A DNA stretch of 64,000 bases from an uncultured Verrucomicrobiae bacterium (GTDB taxonomy: Bacteria; Verrucomicrobiota; Verrucomicrobiia; Limisphaerales; UBA11358). Below, piece by piece: positions 55,443-64,000 of this stretch. The stretch is taken from contig CAVXQV010000004.1 in NCBI GenBank assembly GCA_963764035.1, forward strand, positions 157,340-221,339. Direction: 5' to 3'. Positions within the stretch are counted from its first letter, which is position 1. Every line of letters begins with the position of its first letter. Below the pieces are notes generated by a model. That model was not told the origin of the DNA. It ran no database searches and saw only the letters and a list, made by a program, of their open reading frames with translations. Both the position numbers and the translations under genes were made by a program.

Positions 55443-55481
55443 AAATGATTTCTTTGTGTTCTCTGCGTTCTTTTGCGGCGA

Positions 55482-57834
55482 TTAAAGAATTTCTTTGGCG
55501 GCGGCAATAAGGTCGTTGACGTTCGGGAGGAACGCCGCTTCGAGAATGTGCGATTGCGGCGCGATGCCGTTCTTGGCGCCGACGCGTTTGACCGGGGCGT
55601 CGAGGTAATCAAAAATCGCGTCCGAAATCGTCGAGGCGATTTCTCCGGTGTAACTGCCGATGTGAATGGCCTGGCTGGCGACGACACAGCGGCCGGTCTT
55701 TTGCACCGAGCGCAAAATCGTGTCGAGGTCGAGCGGCACGAGCGAGCGCAGGTCAATGACCTCGGCGTTCACATTTTTCTCCGCCTTCAATTTGTCCGCC
55801 GCCTTCAAGCAATCGTTGACGAGTGGTCCCCACGTCACAAAAGTGATGTCCGAGCCTTCGCGTTTCACGTCGGCCACGCCGAGCGGAACGAGATATTCCT
55901 CCGTCGGCACCGGGCCTTTCATGCCATACAAGCCCTGCGACTCGATGAACATGATTGGATTGTTGTCGCGGATCGCGGACTTCAGCATTCCCTTCGCATC
56001 GTAGGGCGTTGCGGGATAAACCACGTAGAGGCCGGGGATGTGGCAGAACATGGATTCAAGCGTCTGCGAATGCTGGCCGCCGTAGCCCTTGCCCGCGCCC
56101 GCCGATACGCGGAGCACCAGCGGCACCTCGGTTTGCGCGCCGCTCATGTAATGCCACTTCGCGGCCTGGTTGCTGATCTGGTCGGACGACATCAGCGCGA
56201 AATCGAAATACATCAATTCCATGACCGGCCGCAGGCCGATCATCGCCAGCCCGATGCCGGTGCCACAGATGCACGCCTCGGAAATCGGCGTATTGAAAAC
56301 GCGGTCGCGCCCGAAGGATTCCATCAAGCCCTTCGTCGCCTTGAACGCGCCGCCGTAATCGGCCACGTCTTCGCCGTAAAAGAGCACGCGCTGGTCGCGC
56401 TTCATTTCCTCCATGAGCGCCTCGCGGATGGCGTCCTTGTAGGTGATCTCGCCGTTGACGCGCTTGATTTCCGGCAGCGGCTCGATGATTTCGACCTTCG
56501 CAAACTCCGCCGGCACGGTTTCGCTCTTCGTGTCGGTATACATGTATTTGATGACGTCTTCGGCGGCGGGATCGGCGGCAGCAGCGGCGCGCTTGGCCGC
56601 GCGGGCGTTGCGGTCGCGCACGGCAGCCTCCACAGCGGCGAGTTCCTTCGCACTCACAACCTTGCTTTCCAGAAGTTGCGCCTTGAAGGTTTCGATGGGG
56701 TCAACGGATTTCCACGCGGCTTCTTCTTCCTTCGTGCGATATTCGTTGCGCGGGTCGCTCAACGAGTGGCCCCAATAGCGGTAGGTGTCGCAATCAAGCA
56801 GCACCGGGCCTTCGCCTTTGCGGCAAAGCTCGGCGGCGCGCTGGACGGCGTCGCGGACGGCGAGCGGGTCCATGCCGTTGACGATTTCAGCGTGCATGTT
56901 GTTGTCGGCAAAACCGGCGGCACGGCGCGCGATGCGGCTCACGCCCATCACTTCGTCGTCGGTGCGATGGGTCATGCCGTAGTGATTGTTGATGATGAGG
57001 AAAATCATCGGGATGCCGAACTTGCGGTCGGCCAGATGGTTGGTGAACTGCGCCTGCGTCGCAAAATTCATGGATTCGAGCACCACGCCGTTGGCGTAGG
57101 CGCCGTCGCCGGCGAAACAGCAGACCACCGCGTCCTTTTTCTGATAGCGCAAGCCAATCGCCGCGCCGGTGGCAATCGGCACGCCGCCGCCGACAATCGC
57201 GTTGGCGCCGAGATGGCCGACGGTGAAATCCGCGATGTGCATCGAGCCGCCGCGGCCTTTGCAATAGCCGTCTTCCTTGCCGAACAATTCGCAAATCATG
57301 CGATAGACATGCTGTTCCAGCGCGGCTTCAAGCAATTCCTCGTGCTTGTTCGATTTGCAATGCGGCACGCGCTGCGTTCAGTTGCTCGTCGCTCATTTCG
57401 CGGATGGCGACGGTGCCTTTCGCGAGGCTTTCGCCGTGGCCGCGGTGCGTGCTGGTGATTTTGTCGGCGATGTGCAGCACGGAGCATGCGCCCGCCGCCG
57501 TGCCTTCCTGGCCGACCGAGACGTGCGTCGGGCCGCGATAATTGAATTCGCGGATCGGCTCATACGCGCCGGAGCGGAGCTTGACGATCATTTCCTCCAG
57601 TTCGCGGATCATCAGCATGTCCTCGAACAGGTTGACCGCCTCGGCCTTGGTGATTTTTTTCGCGGCCAGCTCCTGTTTCAGGTTGCCCTTGAAGCGATAG
57701 GCGGAAATCTTGCCGCAATCGATTTCAAACGGCTCGAACTTGGGCCGCATGTCGCTCAAATAGGTCGCGGATTTCTTTTTTTTCGGCTTGTCAGCCTTTT
57801 TCTCGATGGATTTTTCCAATGTTGCTGTTGTCAT
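55482..57834 (-). pseudogene. 2-oxoacid dehydrogenase E1 component, fused alpha+beta subunits, one frame interruption
   Basis: Alpha part: MIRELEEMIVKL...ITSTHRGHGESLAKG (ORF 57328..57897) and GRGGSMHIADF...GANAIVGGGVPIATGAA. Beta part: ISEACICGTGIGLAMIGLRPVMELMYFDF (ORF 55482..57368). The frames join near 57360. Confidence 0.88.
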
Positions 57835-57853
57835 AATTTCAATTTGTTCTTTC

Positions 57854-57940
57854 GTAGGACAGGCGTCGCGCCTGTCTCTGACTAATTTGCCCGCCAAGGC
57901 GGAATATTTATTTTTGAAACAGGCGCGACGCCTGTCCTAC
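57854..57940. repeat. 87-bp palindromic element (sibling of 34851-34934) between the DeoR and E1 genes
   Basis: GTAGGACAGGCGTCGCGCCTGTCTC ... GAAACAGGCGCGACGCCTGTCCTAC, with a small inner hairpin GCCCGCCAAGGCGG. Confidence 0.85.
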
Positions 57941-57948
57941 GCGCAAAT

Positions 57949-58671
57949 TCACACTTTCACCACCTTGATTCCCTTCTTTGTCAGTTCTTTCGCGAAAGTT
58001 TTGTCCAGGGACTTGTCGGTGACGAGTGCGTGGACGTGTTCCAGTCCGCCGGCGCGGGCGAAGGCCACCTTGCCCGCCTTGCCCGAGTCGGCCAGCAGAA
58101 TCACCTGCCGCGCCCGGCTCATCACCAGTTCCTTCGTGTAAGCCTCGCTGGGGTCGGTCGTCGTGAGACCTTCCTTCAGCGCCAGCCCGATGGTGCCCAT
58201 GAACGCCTTGTCCAGGTGCAATTCCGCAAAAGGCAGCGCGTCAACGGGCCGACCATCGTCTGGCTCAAGCGGCGCAGTTCGCCGCCGATCAAAATCAACC
58301 GCGGCCCGCGCCCGGCCAGTTCCTGCGCCGCGCGCAGCGAATTGGTCACCACCGTGAGATTGGTGCGGTCGTGCAACAGCCGCGCGAACTCCAGCACCGT
58401 GCTGCCGCCATCCAGATAAATCGTGTCGCCCGGGCTCGACGAATTGCAGCGCCGCCTCGGCAATGCGCTGCTTTTCCCGCGCCGCAATCGAGGCCTTGTC
58501 GTCAAACAGCGGCTCCTCCAGCCGGCTTTCGACGCTGACCGCGCCGCCGTGGACGCGCCGGATGGCGCCGGCCTTTTCAAGCTGGTCCAGGTCCCGGCGC
58601 ACCGTGGCGGGGGAGACCCGGAGCTGCCGGCAGATTTCCTCGATGCGGATCACGCCCTTGCCGCGGATCAA
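57949..58671 (-). pseudogene. DeoR/GlpR-family transcriptional regulator, two frame interruptions
   Basis: HTH ICRQLRVSPATVRRDLDQLEKAGAIRRVHGGA. The middle of the DeoRC domain (GDTIYLDGGSTVLEFARLL...VVTNSLRAAQEL...LILIGGELR) is in ORF 58176..58580. The ends are in ORF 57949..58671. Confidence 0.85.
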
Positions 58672-58833
58672 TTCGCGCAGGTTGTCGTGGCGTTGGTGCG
58701 CCAGATCTTTATGATCGGCCGTTCAGCATGGGCTGATTGAAATTGATTGAATATAATCAAATGATGATTGAAATCAATCAAAATCGCTCAATTCGGAATC
58801 GCGAAGACCCCCGGCGATTTTGGGGCGAAAGAT

Positions 58834-59946
58834 TCAATGCTCCGACTCGCCCGGAGCTTCGGGAATGCCGGGATCATCCAGCATTTGCACGGCGGTCGCC
58901 GGGCCGAGGTCGTTCCAATCGTGCAGAACCCACACGGCCTTTTTGTCCGGTGAGACTTCGACCAGTTGCGGGCCTTTGCCGTCGCCGCCGCGGGAGCAGA
59001 CGACGGTGTTGCCGTTGGCCAGCCGGGTGCAGGTCTGGGTGTCGAGGTAGCGGTAAGGCTCGGGCAGATCTTTCGGCGTGAGGCTCCAGACGATCTGCTT
59101 GTCCGGGGTGACCTCCAGTTGCGATTTTCCGGATTCATTCGTGATGAGCGTGTGGCCGTTCTTGAGCCGGATGGCGGCCCACGGCGAGAATTTCGTTCCC
59201 GCCGGCAGATCATTTGTGCCAAAAGTCCAAATCGCGTTGAAATGTTCATCATACTCGATCACTTGCTGCATGGTGAGGAACGCGCAGAGATAAGTTCCCT
59301 GCGCCGTGCAACGCACGCGGCGGAATTCCCCATGCACGTTCCGGCGGTCGGGCGGCTGGACGAACGGCAAATCATGCTGCACGACGATGTCCCCGGTCCC
59401 GATGTTCACCACCTTCAACACCGGCGGCAAGCCGTTCTCAATGAACAGGACCTCGTTCGTGCCGATGGGCTGGCAGCAATGAATCTCCGTGCCGGCGGGC
59501 GCATCGTAATGCCAGACGACCTTTTTCTCCGGGGTGACTTCGGCGGCGTATTGCATCCGGCTGAAAAGGACGTTGCCATTGGAAAGCATCCAGACATCGT
59601 CGAATTCGCCGCCACTGCCGGTCTGATAGGTCCAGATGACCTTGCCGTTGTTGACGACGAACAGCTTGTTGTAACCCTCGCCGGCATAAAGCATCGGATG
59701 CTGCGCCAAACCCCGGCCGGGCAGATCGGCGGGCGGGGCATTGGTGTAGGGTTTGCGCGGCCTGACTTCGGTTTCACCCGGGCCGAGCGCCGGCACATCG
59801 GGGGCGGTGAATTTGTAAAGCACATCCAGGCACGGCGTCGCGGAACGAGATTGGGTGGCGGGCGCCATTTGTGCTGACGCACTGCCGGTGAACCACGCCG
59901 CAGTTGCGGCAAGGACAAAAATCGGGATCGTAATTTTAATGCGCAT
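58834..59946 (-). CDS. Secreted beta-propeller protein (PQQ/BamB-like repeats), function unknown
   Basis: Signal peptide MRIKITIPIFVLAATAAWFTGSASAQ. Recurring VIWTY / VVWHY / AIWTF / IVWSL / AVWVL strand motifs. Confidence 0.7.
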   Translation of the reverse strand: MRIKITIPIFVLAATAAWFTGSASAQMAPATQSRSATPCLDVLYKFTAPDVPALGPGETEVRPRKPYTNAPPADLPGRGLAQHPMLYAGEGYNKLFVVNNGKVIWTYQTGSGGEFDDVWMLSNGNVLFSRMQYAAEVTPEKKVVWHYDAPAGTEIHCCQPIGTNEVLFIENGLPPVLKVVNIGTGDIVVQHDLPFVQPPDRRNVHGEFRRVRCTAQGTYLCAFLTMQQVIEYDEHFNAIWTFGTNDLPAGTKFSPWAAIRLKNGHTLITNESGKSQLEVTPDKQIVWSLTPKDLPEPYRYLDTQTCTRLANGNTVVCSRGGDGKGPQLVEVSPDKKAVWVLHDWNDLGPATAVQMLDDPGIPEAPGESEH

Positions 59947-60097
59947 ATTGTTCCGCAGGTTTGGAATCCGTCGTCTGATAACGCAATGACGCCGGACGCA
60001 CAATAAAATTCAACTGTCGCGTTTGACCGGTGAACATGAAAAATGCGCCGAATCAACGCCCGGGAAAATCCAGGGCGCAATTCGGCACTGCCGCCAC

Positions 60098-60140
60098 TCC
60101 CTCTCCCCGCCCAAGCGGGGAGAGGGTTGGGGTGAGGGGA
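60098..60140. repeat. GGAGAGGG hairpin repeat with GGTGAGGGG tail
   Basis: CTCCCTCTCCCCGCCCAAGCGGGGAGAGGGTTGGGGTGAGGGGA. Confidence 0.8.
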
Positions 60141-60161
60141 TTTGAGCTTGAAATTAACGCG

Positions 60162-60206
60162 CCTCCTCACCCCGGCCCTCTCCTCCACTCCGCGGAGGAG
60201 AGGGAG
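60162..60206. repeat. GGAGAGGG hairpin repeat, inverted relative to 60098-60140
   Basis: CCTCCTCACCCCGGCCCTCTCCTCCACTCCGCGGAGGAGAGGGAG. The first 23 nt are identical to 28742-28764. Confidence 0.8.
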
Positions 60207-60301
60207 AAAAATGGTGGTGGTGCGAAGTTCCGCCCCAAAATCCATCGCCGCCGACGGTTGCTTTGACTTTTTGCCGCAATTTTCTAAAGTGTGGCCACCC
60301 G

Positions 60302-61289
60302 ATGGTTCACGTGGTCTTTCTCAAAATCGCGGCGATGTTCCTCGTGATCGTCGCCGGCTGGCTGGCGCGGCGGCGCGGGTTCCTGGCGGCGGATTTCACG
60401 GCCACGTTGAGCCGGCTGGTGGTGGACGTTGCGTTTCCCGCGCTGGTGTTCACGCAAATGCTGCGGACGGTGGACGCGGCGGCGCTGCGCGACGGCTGGC
60501 TCGGCCCGGTGCTGTGCGGGCTGGTGATCATCATCGCCTATTTGGTCGGACTGCTGATGTCGCCGATGTTCAGCGGGCAAGTCGCAGCGCAATACCTTCA
60601 TTTTTCTGGTCGCCATTCCCAACTGGGTTTTCCTGCCGCTGCCGATTGCCCAGGCGCTCTACGGCGACGCCGGCGTCCGCACCGTGCTGCTGTGCAACGT
60701 CGGCGCGCAATTGGTCCTGTGGTCGTTCGGCGTCTGGATTCTGCACGGTTCAATCCGGCAGGCGGCGAAAAATCTCCTGACGAACATCGGCCTGTGGGCG
60801 ACGGCGGCGGGTATTGCCGCGGCGTTGCTGTTTCCCGCCGCGCGCAATTTGGAGACGGTCAATCCGGCGCCGCGCCGCTGGGCCTGATGCTGCCCGGCGC
60901 GCTGGTGCAGGCGCTGGCAATGGTCGGCAGCCTGACGATACCGTTGTCACTGCTGGCCATCGGCGCGCAACTCGGCGAACTGACCATCGCCGTGCATCGC
61001 TTTCCCAAAGTGTTGTGGGGCGTGCTGCTGTCACGCCTGTTGTTCGCGCCGCTGGTGACGGTGGCCCTCGGGTTTGCGTTGTTGAAAATGGGTTTCGTCA
61101 TTCCCGGAGGAAACCCGGATGATCATTTATTTGATCGCGACAATGCCGGTGGCCATCAGTTGCAGCGTCATGGCCGACCGGTTTCACGGCGACGTCACCC
61201 TGGCCGCCGAGGGGATTTTTTACAGCACGTTCTTCAGCCTGCTGACCGTGCCCGCGATTTTCTTTCTGATCCAGCGGTTTGGCTTGTAG
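60302..61289 (+). pseudogene. AEC-family (auxin efflux carrier-like) membrane transporter, about three frame interruptions
   Basis: The segments are MVHVVFLKIAAMFLVIVAGWLARRRGF..., KSQRNTFIFLVAIPNWVFLPLPIAQALYGDAGVRTVLLCNVGAQL, GLMLPGALVQALAMVGSLTIPLSLLAIGAQL and IIYLIATMPVAISCSVMADRF...FFLIQRFGL. They lie in alternating frames with shifts near 60570, 60860 and 61105. Confidence 0.8.
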
Positions 61290-61310
61290 CGGATTTGCCA
61301 CAAAAAAGAA

Positions 61311-61333
61311 CGCGCCGGATTGAGTCCGGCGCG
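61311..61333. terminator. Bidirectional terminator candidate between convergent genes
   Basis: Stem CGCGCCGGA / TCCGGCGCG with loop TTGAG, flanked by AAAAAAG upstream and GATTTTG downstream. Confidence 0.6.
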
Positions 61334-61363
61334 CCCTGATTTTGAAAGGTTGGGGATTTGAGT

Positions 61364-61984
61364 TTAATCGGCGGTCAGGCTGGCCGCGTCGCTCCAATCC
61401 GTCAGGCCGGCGGTGCCCAGCACTTGGACAGCGAAGGTATAGCACACCCCGGCCGTCAGGCCGGTGAAGACATGGGTGGCAGCCGTGTCCTGCACGATGA
61501 CCGGCGCGGCCCCGGGCAGGTTGGCAATGATCCGCCAGTTGTAATTGGCCGCGCCCTTGACCGGCTTGACCCGGGCCGTCAGGTCGCCCCGTTGCGGGCC
61601 GTGTTTGACGGTCAGTCCCCGCGGTTTCGACAACGGGCCGACCGGTTCACGCACCGGCTTGTGCGTGGGAAATCCGCTCAAGATGAGGCTGGCCAGGTCG
61701 CCCTTGCAGGCCACCGACACATAGCTGGCCAGTTGGCGCACCAAACCGGTGAGCACCTTGCGCGCATTCTTCTTGGCCACCGTGGCGAACCTGCCGCCAT
61801 CCGCCGCCAGCCCGATGGTGCCGATAAAACCGTCCAAGGCCGTCTGCACCTGGGCCAGGGGTGGCGACGGGTCATCATAGATGTCGGCATTCTCGGCCAT
61901 CATCATCAGGATGGTGGCGGTTTTGTTTCGCAATTCCGCGTCATCCACGCGGTTGAGCCAGGTTATGGCGGGCTTGACGATCAT
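61364..61984 (-). CDS. Hypothetical protein with C-terminal fibronectin type III-like domain
   Basis: 206 aa with a helical N-terminal half. The C-terminal GLTVKHGPQRGDLTARVKPVKGAANYNWRI...FTGLTAGVCYTFAVQVLGTAGLTDWS is FN3-like. Confidence 0.65.
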   Translation of the reverse strand: MIVKPAITWLNRVDDAELRNKTATILMMMAENADIYDDPSPPLAQVQTALDGFIGTIGLAADGGRFATVAKKNARKVLTGLVRQLASYVSVACKGDLASLILSGFPTHKPVREPVGPLSKPRGLTVKHGPQRGDLTARVKPVKGAANYNWRIIANLPGAAPVIVQDTAATHVFTGLTAGVCYTFAVQVLGTAGLTDWSDAASLTAD

Positions 61985-62144
61985 AATTTTGATGCTTGCT
62001 TTGGTTTCAGGTCCGGGCTGGGTTGCATGGCCAGACCGATAATATCAAGCAGTAACCGTGCCGGTAAGGTTTGCGAAGCCGGTTTTAGATGTTTCATGGG
62101 ATTATCCACTTGACAAACCAATAATGGCGGGTTAGGTTGGCGGC

Positions 62145-63095
62145 ATGAAAACGAAATCGCCGCTGAAAGATTTAACGCTCATTCAAATCATAGACCGCTT
62201 CCCCGATGACGAGACGGCGCGGAAACACCTTGAAGCCGTGCTTTGGAAAGACGGCCCGGTTTGTCCGCATTGCAAAAACCACAAGGAAAAGCCGATTTAC
62301 AAACTCGAACCGCGCGCCGACAGCAAAAAGGCAGTCCGCGCTGGCGTCTATAAATGCGGCGCGTGCCTGAAACAATTCTCGGTGATGGTCGGCACGATAT
62401 TCGAGGACAGCCATATCCCGTTGCGGAAATGGCTCATTGCTTGGTATCTGCTTTGCAGTTCCAAAAAGGGGATTAGCTCGCTCCAACTGAAGCGCATTCT
62501 GGAAATCGGCAGCTATGGCACGGCTCTCTTTATGTCGCACAGAATCCGCCATGCGTTGCGGGAAACCGGATACACCGAAAAACTATCCGGCACAATCGAG
62601 GCCGACGAAACCCTGATTGGCGGCGCGACCAGTGGCAAGGGGTCACGATTTCTTGGAAACAAAATTCCGGTGATAGCAATGGTTCAACGCGGTGGCACGG
62701 TGCGCAGTAAAATCATGCCGACGGTCAACGGCGCAAACCTGAAACAAGCCATCCGCGAAAACGTGAAATCGGCTCCGAATCTCCACACCGACCAGCATCC
62801 CGGCTACACCGGTTTGAAATTTGAATATGAACACAAATCAGTCAAGCACATGGCCGGAGAATACAGCCGCCATGAAGGGGAAAACGTAGTAACGACGGCC
62901 CATGTCGAGGGGTTCTTCAGCTTGTTAAAAAGAGGCGTAATGGGGACTTTCCATCACATTAGCGCACAGCATTTGCCGCTGTATCTGGCCGAGTTTGAAC
63001 ACCGCCACAACTGCCGTAAAATCAGCGACGGCGAGCGCACAGATTTTGGTTTGACCAAGGCCGTTGGAAAGCGTTTGATTTACAAAACGGCATGA
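62145..63095 (+). mobile_element. IS1595-family (ISXO2-like) transposase gene; element ends not identified
   Basis: N-terminal zinc ribbon CPHCKNHKEKPIYKL...YKCGACLKQFS, then KWLIAWYLLCSSKKGISSLQL, and DDE-type core IEADETLIGG...LHTDQHPGYTGL...AHVEGFFSLLKRG. Lower GC than the host genes. Confidence 0.85.
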
Positions 63096-63128
63096 ATTTA
63101 TGGCAATATCGAAACGTTTAAGAGCCAT

Positions 63129-63491
63129 TTGGGAGGCAGAGGCAAAGGCAGCAGAAGAACGCCTGCCAAAAGAGCCGCCCGCGCCATTGCCGCCGTGAGG
63201 GAGGACGAGTTAAAAAAGTTTGACCGGATGGACGAGATTTTGAATCAGGCCACTTATGACATGTCACAAGACATAGATTTGGTGTTTGAATTATTGGGAT
63301 ACGGACACCTTTTAGAATACAGCCTGCGGATGGCAGATTTAAGCATCAAAGCAAAGCGTTATAGAAAATTAACCCAATATGCCGCCAAAGAGAAATTGTG
63401 GGAGAAAATTCACGGCATTCTCTACGGTTTGAAAACCGAGGTTGCTTTAGCTAGGAACAGCAGGGATCGCGGGGGAACCAAAGTCCAATAA
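63129..63491 (+). CDS. Hypothetical protein (120 aa), low GC
   Basis: Open frame with a TTG start and a basic N-terminus GGRGKGSRRTPAKRAARA followed by a helical region. No motif was recognised. It overlaps the convergent ORF 63422..63652. Confidence 0.3.
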   Translation: MGGRGKGSRRTPAKRAARAIAAVREDELKKFDRMDEILNQATYDMSQDIDLVFELLGYGHLLEYSLRMADLSIKAKRYRKLTQYAAKEKLWEKIHGILYGLKTEVALARNSRDRGGTKVQ

Positions 63492-63652
63492 AGAACGGGG
63501 GTTTTCCACCTTGAAACAAACTCTCTGCGACCGTCATATATCCCGACGCTCCATGCGAAAACCTCGTCATGGAATAAAAGCAGTTCGGCATCTTTCGGGG
63601 GAATTTGTTTGCTGGCATCATAAATCCGCCCTAGTTTTGGTTTGACTGACAT
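63422..63652 (-). CDS. Hypothetical protein (76 aa), low GC
   Basis: ATG start. IPPKDAELLLFHDEVFAWSVGIYDGRREFVSRW is vaguely reminiscent of small phage-associated proteins. Not verified. Confidence 0.3.
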   Translation of the reverse strand: MSVKPKLGRIYDASKQIPPKDAELLLFHDEVFAWSVGIYDGRREFVSRWKTPVLYWTLVPPRSLLFLAKATSVFKP

Positions 63653-63675
63653 TCGTTAATAGCCGCCAGTCAAAC

Positions 63676-63834
63676 ATGCCCAAGACCAAAACAAACACGC
63701 CGGACTGGAAAGACGAGCCGCTGAAGTTCGCTTTCCATCCTGACGGGGCGTTGCGGCGGGGGGCTTTTGCCAACCCGCCGAAAGTCCAGGCTCTCAAAAA
63801 GTCCATCCGCGCCAGCAGCAGGGGACGCAGATAA
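63676..63834 (+). CDS. Possible 52-aa basic peptide
   Basis: MPKTKTNTPDWKDEPLKFAFHPDGALRRGAFANPPKVQALKKSIRASSRGRR. Below the ORF-track cutoff, with no supporting motif. Confidence 0.2.
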   Translation: MPKTKTNTPDWKDEPLKFAFHPDGALRRGAFANPPKVQALKKSIRASSRGRR

Positions 63835-64000
63835 TCCACAATTAAGCCAGATTCAACGGCTTGCGGCTATTTTGGTTTGTCATCTGGATAATCCCATGTT
63901 TCAAAATCATTTTTGAATATCACAAAACGGCGGCGACATGTCACAGCCAGGCCGTGTAATATCACAATGAAGACGCGCGATATCGCATCAAAACTTTGCC

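Noticed and set aside
62100-63130. Terminal inverted repeats and target duplication for the IS1595-family element
   Set aside because: Only weak similarity was seen between the flanks (CCAATAATGGC versus CCCAAATGGC in inverse orientation). This is insufficient to define the ends.

Overview
This is a 64-kb GC-rich bacterial chromosomal segment. I saw no rRNA, tRNA or CRISPR array. The gene content and repeat style suggest a Verrucomicrobiota/Planctomycetota-like organism (inference). The pointers are three prepilin-type N-terminal [25 protein letters not shown] / H-X9-DG-like proteins, RCC1 and other repeat-rich secreted proteins sharing a C-terminal tail, a Reg_prop/Y_Y_Y sensor kinase, and many GC-rich palindromic repeat families. 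Layout by block: (1) 0.1-3 kb: OmpR-type regulator, EF-hand protein, MFS pump. (2) 3-8 kb: secreted repeat proteins. (3) 8-14 kb: housekeeping genes (TPR protein, aroC, trpA, mannose-1-P guanylyltransferase, DUF3095-like). (4) 14-16 kb: GH43. (5) 16-22 kb: XdhC, a MocA-like gene and a Tat-exported three-subunit molybdo/FAD/2Fe-2S oxidoreductase. (6) 22-29 kb: accessory patch with a 315-bp palindromic tandem array, an SseB-like gene, an XRE/ImmA pair, and a low-GC methyltransferase + Z1-ATPase + 147-aa orphan cassette bracketed by inverted repeat elements. This cassette is my best candidate for an under-described defence-type system. (7) 29-32 kb: AIM24 and a cytoplasmic LRR protein. (8) 32-40 kb: one-directional molybdenum-cofactor cluster (moaA, mogA, moaC, moaE-moeA fusion, moaD, TauE, TupA-like binding protein, ModE-like regulator). 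(9) 40.6-44.6 kb: a heavily frame-disrupted sensor kinase and LuxR-type regulator. (10) 44.8-51 kb: pseudopilin-like proteins, CE12 esterase, GH2. (11) 51-58.7 kb: aldo-keto reductase, a 2-oxoacid dehydrogenase operon (fused E1 alpha-beta, E2, E3) with a GxxExxY gene inserted, and a DeoR regulator. (12) 58.8-64 kb: beta-propeller protein, AEC transporter, FN3 protein, IS1595-family transposase and small low-GC ORFs. About a dozen genes need single-base frame corrections, so either the assembly carries indel errors or there is real gene decay. All functional calls come from motif recognition by eye; no database search or computation was possible.
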